Origin: Nymphaea colorata
Taxonomy: Eukaryota
Assembly: GCF_008831285.2 (NCBI RefSeq)
Contig: NC_045138.2
Coordinates: 496,001 to 560,000 of the forward strand
Reading direction: 5' to 3'
Length of the DNA: 64,000 bases
In this document: positions 56,913-64,000 of the stretch, in pieces
Layout of the letters: every line of letters starts with the position of its first letter
Numbering within the stretch: position 1 is the stretch's first letter
Translations under genes and position numbers: made by a program
The notes under the pieces: model-generated
The model's input: only the letters and a program-made list of their open reading frames with translations
The model's database searches: none
Told to the model about the DNA's origin: nothing

Positions 56913-57007
56913 CGTTGTTAGCAATTTCATGATAACATAAAAAAGGATGATTAAAACCATCCTGTTGTTAGCAATTTCAAGATAACATAAAAAAGGATGA
57001 TTAAAAC
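56913..57007 (+). repeat. ~51-bp period tandem duplication
   Basis: gttgttagcaatttca.gataacataaaaaaggatgattaaaac occurs twice. Confidence 0.85.
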
Positions 57008-59482
57008 TGTAGAGCACCTAAGAGATTGCGATTAATTTATTTGATCTTCTTTGTTCTATGTGTTATGAATTATCAACGTGATTTTGTCTTAAGCTAATTA
57101 ATTTTGTATTATTTAGTGAGTTGGTCAGCTTTTATACTAAAAAAATCCCTATTTTTTTCAGGAATATCATGAAAGTTGAAAAAACTGTCATTCAAACACA
57201 TTTTTAATTTCTGTGTCTGGAATCTGCCGATGAAGCCAATGGTAAAAAAAGCTAACATAAATTAATGTGATGTGTAGGATTTATTAAATAAAAAAAAAGT
57301 TTTAAAACAAGATAAAAGATCACGTCGATGGCTCACAAGTTTTAAAAGTAATATAAAAGACCTTCAGTGTTCAAAGTAGCAAATTGGATTTGAATCGGAT
57401 CCATGTAGAACTATACAAAATTTTAATTCCTCTTTGGTTGGCTGAGTTTCACAATGAAAACACTAGGGATGTTGACGGTGCATAATCTAATGTTTGATTC
57501 ATTTTCAGATTTGACTAGTTAAGCTTTTGTAAGAAAACTTTAGATTGGATTAGTAAATGGGATACGGATTTGTTGTATGATTTTCTTTCCAATTTGGACT
57601 GGATATCAAGTCTTTTTTCTTTCTTTCAAAAGACAAATTGTAAGTCGGGCCCAATCCTGCCCTGACACCTGAAATTCAGGCCCCAACTCCCATCCGGCCC
57701 AATCAATTTAAATTATGAAATATATATTTTAATATAAAATAATATATAAATATTAAAATTATAATAAAATAATTATATATTAAAAATAATAAAATATACT
57801 TTAAAATTTATTATTGGGTCCATCTGGCCCAGTCCCATAACATTTCCTGCTGACCGGGTGCCATTTCTTTTTAAGGCTCGGGCTCGAACCCAAGCTAGGC
57901 GAAGTACCTGCCCACGACGTCCCAATCTTAATAAATTGTCAACCTCCTACTCAATAAAAAATAAAAAACATATGTTGTTAAATAATGGAATCCACCTCTC
58001 CCCAGCCAGTGCATGCTTAGTTCCCGCCAACCGTTTTGGGGCAGCTGCCGATGGCTGGGTAAGCATAAGATGGGCTGCAAATAGGTCACAACTGATTTCA
58101 GCGTCTTGTCATTTTCAGTCACTATGCATTTAGCTGTCACTGATCCAACCCATTTAAAACTTCATCTGATTTTATATTCATGCACTTCCACACAATTAGG
58201 TAAACAAATTTCATGAAAATTTCAATAAACTATGAACAAAACTCTACCAGTTACGTAAAGAAAAAAAAAAAAACAGACCCGTGAAAATCAACTACTGTTA
58301 TTATTATTATTTTTTTGCAATCCAACGTTATGGTTATAAATATGATTTTAAGAGTAGAAAGATTTTTTTTATAAAAATACTTAAACTGAAGCATGATTTA
58401 TATTAAGTTAGTGTATATAAGGTTTTTATCTCTTGTCCAAGTAGTCTATATCTGCTAATCACTATATCTATATAGAAAGAAAGTAGCGATCGAGGGGAGA
58501 GGGAGTTAGTTATCCTTTTGCTCATCTCAATGCTACAAGGAAGAGTTGCGACTAAGGTAAACAATAAGGAGGCCTATCTCATCCCTTGCCTGACCATTTA
58601 TATTTGGTTCTTTTGGAAGTATATATATATATATATATATATAGTGAGAGAGAGAGAGAAGAAGATTTAATTAATTAAGTGGAAATTAGGTAACATGCTA
58701 TCACAAAGGGAGTCATTAGATGTTAATTGGAAACCAGCTTATATTGAAAAGCACATTATCATCACAAAAAGACCAGACATTGTGGTGGTCAAGGAGCCTA
58801 CTCCAGGTCAACTAAGCTCAATGGACTCAGCTCAAACAAGACTTGTTAAGTGATCAAGTTTGGGCAATTTCTCTGAAATTGACTCATACAGAGGGATTTA
58901 ACATTGCTAAAGAAGGTTCAAGCCCAGGGATGTCAATAGTTCAAATTTGAATTGGATGTATATTTTACCATATTTGATTTATTGGGTATTGACATGTTTA
59001 AATTTTAATAAGAACATATAAAGTCTACTATATCATAATCCAATTTCTAAATTCATAACCCGAATCCGATTTGAAACCCACTTTTATTTTTTGCATCCAA
59101 ACCCAAATCTGACTTTTAAATGCGCAATTGGATCCCAACCATATTATATATGTTAAGAATTAACTTCCAAAACGTATGGATATGAGATATTTGTTTGAAA
59201 CTGAATCCAGATCCAGATCAAAACCTGAATCGATATTTTCTAAAATCGTATCCACATCCAATCAAATTTTTTCTTATATCTGAATTTAATCTGATTCCTT
59301 AATCCTATGTTAATTATTTTCCTCTATATCAAGGTTATTTGAAAACGGTTGTCCAAATTTGATTGATTTTTATCCCCAGTCAAGATAGACTTCCTTTTTG
59401 AACTTATGTTCTAAAAATTAAAGTAAAAAAAGTATCCCTCTTTTATGAATAGCAAGTCAAGGTGAGCAATTTTTAGTCTCAA

Positions 59483-59560
59483 TGGTGTAGCATAGCTAGT
59501 CGAACTGGCAGGCTGGTGAGAGTGTGATTTTCAGTTCGATTCACGTAGGCACTACTTTTC
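59483..59560 (+). mobile_element. Possible tRNA-derived SINE head
   Basis: GGTGTAGCATAGCTAGTCG is A-box-like and GTTCGATTC (59534) is a B box, at tRNA-like spacing. No intact cloverleaf, TSD or tail was identified. Confidence 0.35.
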
Positions 59561-59931
59561 TGGGTTGCAAATGGTGCGGTGCTCTAGTTGACGGTGTACC
59601 TTGGGTCCACTCATGTCCTGAAGTAGTGAGCAAGGAGAAAGGAGAGAGCTTCGATCCTTCTGCTGCTTCTGCCTTCAGATGCAGTTTGCAACCTACCCTA
59701 TACCTGTCTCTGTTGTCGGTTGTGATGTTCGATTGATGGTTTAGTGGCGCACAAGGATACACTGTCTTGATCGTGCCAAATTAAGAACTTCTGGATTTGA
59801 GGCAGGAAACAGTGGTGGAGCCACTTGTTCGTGAGTGTGGGTAATTGCCTACATCAGCCTAACAAAAATCTTATTATAGCATCTCGAGATCACATTGTCA
59901 TGACTCAAAAATTACATGCTATGCCCACACC

Positions 59932-60120
59932 CAAGGGCAAAGTCAAGGGGGGTCTGCATGGGCCCTGGGCCCACCTTAATGTTTTTTTTAATTTACAAGT
60001 AAATTTTAGAAAATTTCACTTGTCCTATATAAAAATTTTGAAAAATGATATTTCGGCCCCTATCAAAATTTTAAAACTTTAATTCGGCCCCCTCGTGAAA
60101 AAATTCTGGCTCCGCTCTTG
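59932..60120. mobile_element. hAT-like MITE with perfect 8-bp TSD
   Basis: CCCACACC | CAAGGGCAAAGTCA ... TGGCTCCGCTCTTG | CCCACACC. Related copies lie near 11543-11735 and 56585-56762. Confidence 0.85.
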
Positions 60121-60159
60121 CCCACACCAAACTTATGTTGCCAACTCAAGTGTCTCTTA

Positions 60160-61467
60160 GGGGGCGTTTGATGCGCCGGAAATCTATTGTAGCAGTGGAA
60201 AAAAAATTCAAACTTTCAAAATTTTTCCGGTTTATCAAACGCGGAAAAAAAAAATCGACCGTTACGGTCGATTTCGGAAATTTTTTTCCAGAGAAATATT
60301 TTTGCCCGTTAGGGCACACCTCGCTTCTCCTTGCTTTCTCCTCCCGCAGCCGCATCATCCTCTCTCTCGCCCGCAGCTGCACCAACCTCGCTTTCTCCTC
60401 TCACAGCGTCTTCCTCTCGCCCGCAGTCCTCTCACAGCATTTTCCGGTGGCAGTCCTTTGCGAATCATTCGAAACCCTGTTGGATGGACAAATCAGTTGA
60501 GCTACCACCCACCTGAGGTTTCACCGGGGAATCCGTTGGGAGGAAGAATGGACGCTGAGGAATGGAGGAGGAAGAAGGAGGAAGAAAGGAAGGAGGGAGA
60601 AGGAAGAAGGGAAGGGAGGGCGGAGGAAGAGGGAGGAGGAGGAGGAAGAAGGGGAGGAGGGCACGGCGAGGAGGGAAGGAGAAGAGGGGAAGAGGGGAAG
60701 AAGGGGAAGAGGGGCGAGGAGGGAAGGAGAAGAGGGGAAGAAGGGGAAGAGGGCACGGCGAGGAGGGAAGGAGAAGAGGGGAAGAAGAGGAGGGAAGGAG
60801 AAGAGGGGAAGAGGGCACGACGAGGAGGGAAGGGGAAGACGGGACGGCGAGGAGGGAAGGAGAAGAGGGGAATCGGCCCTCAACCTGAGGCAGGTGCCAC
60901 CGATGTCGGTGGCAGTCGTGTGACGGAGCCGCGCGTCGTAGCCCTCGACGGCATCCTCCAAGAGCCAATTCGACCTCTTTGCAGAGGGTGTGAGAGTCAG
61001 GGCCGTTGTCGAGCTGGGCAAACTTCAAACCCACAGAGAGGGCGAGATTTCTGGCCCACTAACGCCACTTCTGCAGGTCCGGGATGGTGGTGGTGTAGAC
61101 CAGAGGGCGGAGGAAGAGACGGACTCGGGGTTTCCTCAGTGATGATGTGCCGAACCGGATGCATAGGTTGGTGACGGTGGTGGCGGTGGCGACAATACTC
61201 CGAAAGGGAAGAAAGGGCATGTCCATATCACCCAGCACAGTCGTCGTCTTCCTCTCCTCAGGCACAGAACTGTCGTCGTCTTCCTCTTCCTTCTTTTCCA
61301 ATTTTTTTTCATCAAACAGAGAAAATTTTTTCCAGAAAAATAATTCCTATGTAACAAACAAAACCTGGTTTTGGACAATTGGAATTTTATTTCCTATTCA
61401 TCAATTCCAGAAATTTTTTTCTGGAAATTTTTTTCCATTTCCATATTTCCTGCCATCAAACGGCCCC
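60160..61467. mobile_element. Non-autonomous PIF/Harbinger element carrying captured gene fragment(s)
   Basis: TTA|GGGGGCGTTTGATG ... CATCAAACGGCCCC|TTA, with GGAAA/TTTCC-rich subtermini and a GC-rich interior. Confidence 0.88.
60872..61226 (-). pseudogene. Captured 5' fragment of a plastid HemK/PrmC-type release factor glutamine methyltransferase gene
   Basis: MDMPFLPFRSIVATATTVTNLCIRFGTSSLRKPRVRLFLRPLVYTTTIPDLQKWR*WARNLALSVGLKFAQLDNGPDSHTLCKE, then a +1 shift at ~60972, then NWLLEDAVEGYDARLRHTTATDIGGTCLRLRAD. This matches my recollection of the plant HemK N-terminus (PLFLRP..DL.KW..WAK.LA.SVG..F...DNGPD...L.REL.WLLED...LRA). Confidence 0.72.
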
Positions 61468-61972
61468 TTAGGTTAAAAAAATTCTGACTCCGCCACTATC
61501 AGCAAGATGCATTAGAGGTCGAACTGAGATTTGATAAGATATACTAAAAATTGACAAAATCTAGGCCGTTGGCAATAATGTATTCTCATGCTTTAGATAA
61601 CAAAAAAAGTGATTAATATTAAAACTGTGACACATTTAAGAGATTGCAGTCGTCTTATTTCATTTAATTTCCCCTATGGTGGTACCAATTACCAAATCCA
61701 TTTTGTCTTAACCTAATTAATTTCACATTATAATTTGGTTAGTTGGGTAAGGTTCATAATAAAAAATTTGGATCTTTTCATATGAAAATATCATGCAGGA
61801 TGCATCTAGAACTAAATCTGAGAAACAGTCTTCCAAACATGTTTGAATTTAGAAAACAAGGGTTTGTTCAATTGAAGTCAATGGCATTGAAGGAAGAACT
61901 AGATGGTGGTATGCTAAATCATTTGTAGGACAGGAGACCACTCGTCATGTATGTGCGAATATCATGTGGAGC

Positions 61973-62262
61973 TAAGCCTGGGTATTGGGTTGTGTACCCA
62001 GTACCTAGCTCGACTCGGGCTCGAAAAAAGGCACCGGGTTGACCCGATAACTTAGTGGACCGGTCCGGGTAGGCCAGACTAAGCCAGGTTCGACCCGATA
62101 AGATTTTATATTAATTTTATTGATTTTTATATATTATAATATCTTATTACGATTAGTTATTTTTATGTATTATTTTATACTAATATACATATTTTTTAGT
62201 TTTAATCGGGCCAGGATTGGGCTTGGGTTTTAATTGTCGGGTCGGCTCGATAAGCAGGCCTA
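61973..62262. mobile_element. hAT-like MITE (CCCGA/TCGGG-rich family)
   Basis: Termini are TAAGCCTG ... CAGGCCTA. The 8-bp flanks are TGTGGAGC / GGTGGAGC. Confidence 0.7.
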
Positions 62263-62798
62263 GGTGGAGCCAGTAATTTTTCGTTGAACAGATCAAAACT
62301 ATAATTTCATAATTTTAACAGAAGCTGTAATAAAAACTTTCAGAATTTTTATTTATGCTAAACTAAAATTTTTGAAATTTACATATAAATTTTTAAATTT
62401 GAACCTCGGTGTGAAAACTGGTCGTTGTCGATAGTATTCAGTTGAGGTCTGTCACTTAGATGTAGACTGAACAGGTTAATTGCAACAAGACTCTGTGATC
62501 ACATGCACTTTTGCACTCACACATTGGTTATATTGCTTGGATATACAATGAATCGAACCAATTTGAACTCGACTTGAACTTGTTTGTATATGCTCAACTT
62601 GATCTCGACTTGAACTTGTTTGAATTATGAGTCATAAAAGAGTCGAGTTCGAGTTCAAAGTCGACTTGACTCGTGTCTTCCCTATAACACTCTTTCCATG
62701 GTTTCATTTTCATTAAAAAAAAAAAAAAGAATCAAGTGACACATGCTTAAATGAATTGAGCCAAACAATATATAACCCAGCCAAACTCGAGTTGAACT

Positions 62799-63176
62799 TA
62801 AGGCTGGGTGTCAGATCGGGCACCTAGCCTGACTCGGGCCCGAAAAAAGGCATCGGGACCGGCTCGGGTGGGCCTGACTAAGCCTTGTTTGACTCGATAA
62901 TATTTTTAATATTAATTTCATTGATATATATACATACATATATATATATATAGTATTTTATTGAATTATTTATATTTATATATTATTTTACATTAAAAAC
63001 AAATTTTTAATTTAATCGGGCAGAGCTGAACTCGGTTTGAGCTTGGGTTTTGGGTGTCGGGCCAAGCCCAGGCCCTGGTTTCGGGTGTTAGGCCAGGTCC
63101 AGGCCTGGGTTTTGGGTATCGGATGGACCCCAGCACGACTCCTTATCGAACCGGGCCGGACCAATGCTCAGGTCTA
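62799..63176. mobile_element. hAT-like MITE, same family as 61973-62262, nested in a CTCGAG-rich MITE remnant
   Basis: Termini are TAAGGCTGGG ... CTCAGGTCTA. Flanks are GTTGAACT / ACTGAACT. It shares gactcgggc.cgaaaaaag with the previous copy. Confidence 0.65.
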
Positions 63177-63951
63177 ACTGAACTCCAGTCGAGATCCGCT
63201 CACTCGTAGCACATTCGTAACTTCCTGCATAATCTGCCCTTCACTTGACTCGTATAAAAGAAAATAAATAAGTGTAGCTCGTAGCCGGAATATTTATGCC
63301 CTAAATTTTCCAATAGTTAACAGTTAAAGACGATTACTGAGAGTGTAGTTAGGATATCGACAAGATCCACGAGCATCCAGTAAAGTTTAAGTGCAACACT
63401 AGGAGTATGGTGCGAGGGCGTCAAGTGGTTTGGATTTTTCTTCCAACGAGTGACCCGAATCTTTATATTGGGGTATTGCTGGGGATGTCCACCCTAAGAT
63501 ACAATCTACTGTTTTGATTCATATGCAGATTTGACTGGTTGGATTTCATAAGAAAATCCAAATCTGTTTAGGAAAACTGGATGGACGTTTGTTATCGTAT
63601 TTCATAGCCAATTTCGGTGGACACCTGAATCAGATTACATGGAAAAATTTGGATAATTAGTATTTGTATACCTAAATCTGAATAAGACTCTGATACTAAT
63701 AAACAATACCAAATTACTCAATTATGTTGATGTTATATCCGATCCAAATCTAATTAGTCAACGTCCCTAAGCAGTGATTCTATTTCTTTCTATCAGAAAT
63801 TTTCTGACTTTTATTATCAAAAATAAAAAATATTTGAATACCGCAAAGTCAGCCACGGTCCATTGTTGTGGCGGACAAGCGAGTGGCCCCGACCATTTGA
63901 GAGATAAAAGGGCACGAAGTTTTTCAATAGATATTCACTCGTGTGCGAGCC

Positions 63952-63989
<38 letters not shown>

Positions 63990-64000
63990 ATCCATCGTTG

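Noticed and set aside
59483..59560. Functional tRNA gene
   Set aside because: A/B-box-like motifs are present but no convincing cloverleaf. It is kept only as a low-confidence SINE head.
60302..61174. 290-aa Gly/Glu/Arg-rich ORF on the plus strand
   Set aside because: It stays open because of a T-poor GA-rich minisatellite inside a transposon. The recognisable homology is on the opposite strand.

Overview
AT-rich, transposon-dense angiosperm nuclear DNA with spliceosomal introns and long (TA)n/(GA)n microsatellites. The species cannot be established from the sequence. There is one apparently intact gene, a 2-exon subgroup-21 R2R3-MYB (5980-7495, +). Three host genes are decayed: the last exon of a root-cap/LEA-type gene with a frameshift, a complete 10-exon class-P alcohol dehydrogenase with splice and frameshift lesions, and the LRR C-terminus of an NLR fused to transposon DNA. 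A full-length but decayed 14.6-kb Ty3/gypsy Tat/Ogre LTR element (39556-54155, 5-bp TSD CTTAT) carries a PMD-domain extra ORF, a G-patch and an additional RNase H. The most unusual elements are two PIF/Harbinger derivatives. (1) A 1.3-kb Pack-type element (60160-61467) appears to have captured the 5' coding part of a plastid HemK/PrmC methyltransferase gene. (2) A ~13.9-kb rearranged element (24893-38770) has a transposase whose predicted stop overlaps the start of a small RNase H1 N-terminal (Cauli_VI)-like ORF, and it encloses the NLR fragment. Many hAT-like and Tourist-like MITEs, local duplications and hairpins fill the rest. All family assignments come from motif recognition by eye; no database searches were run.
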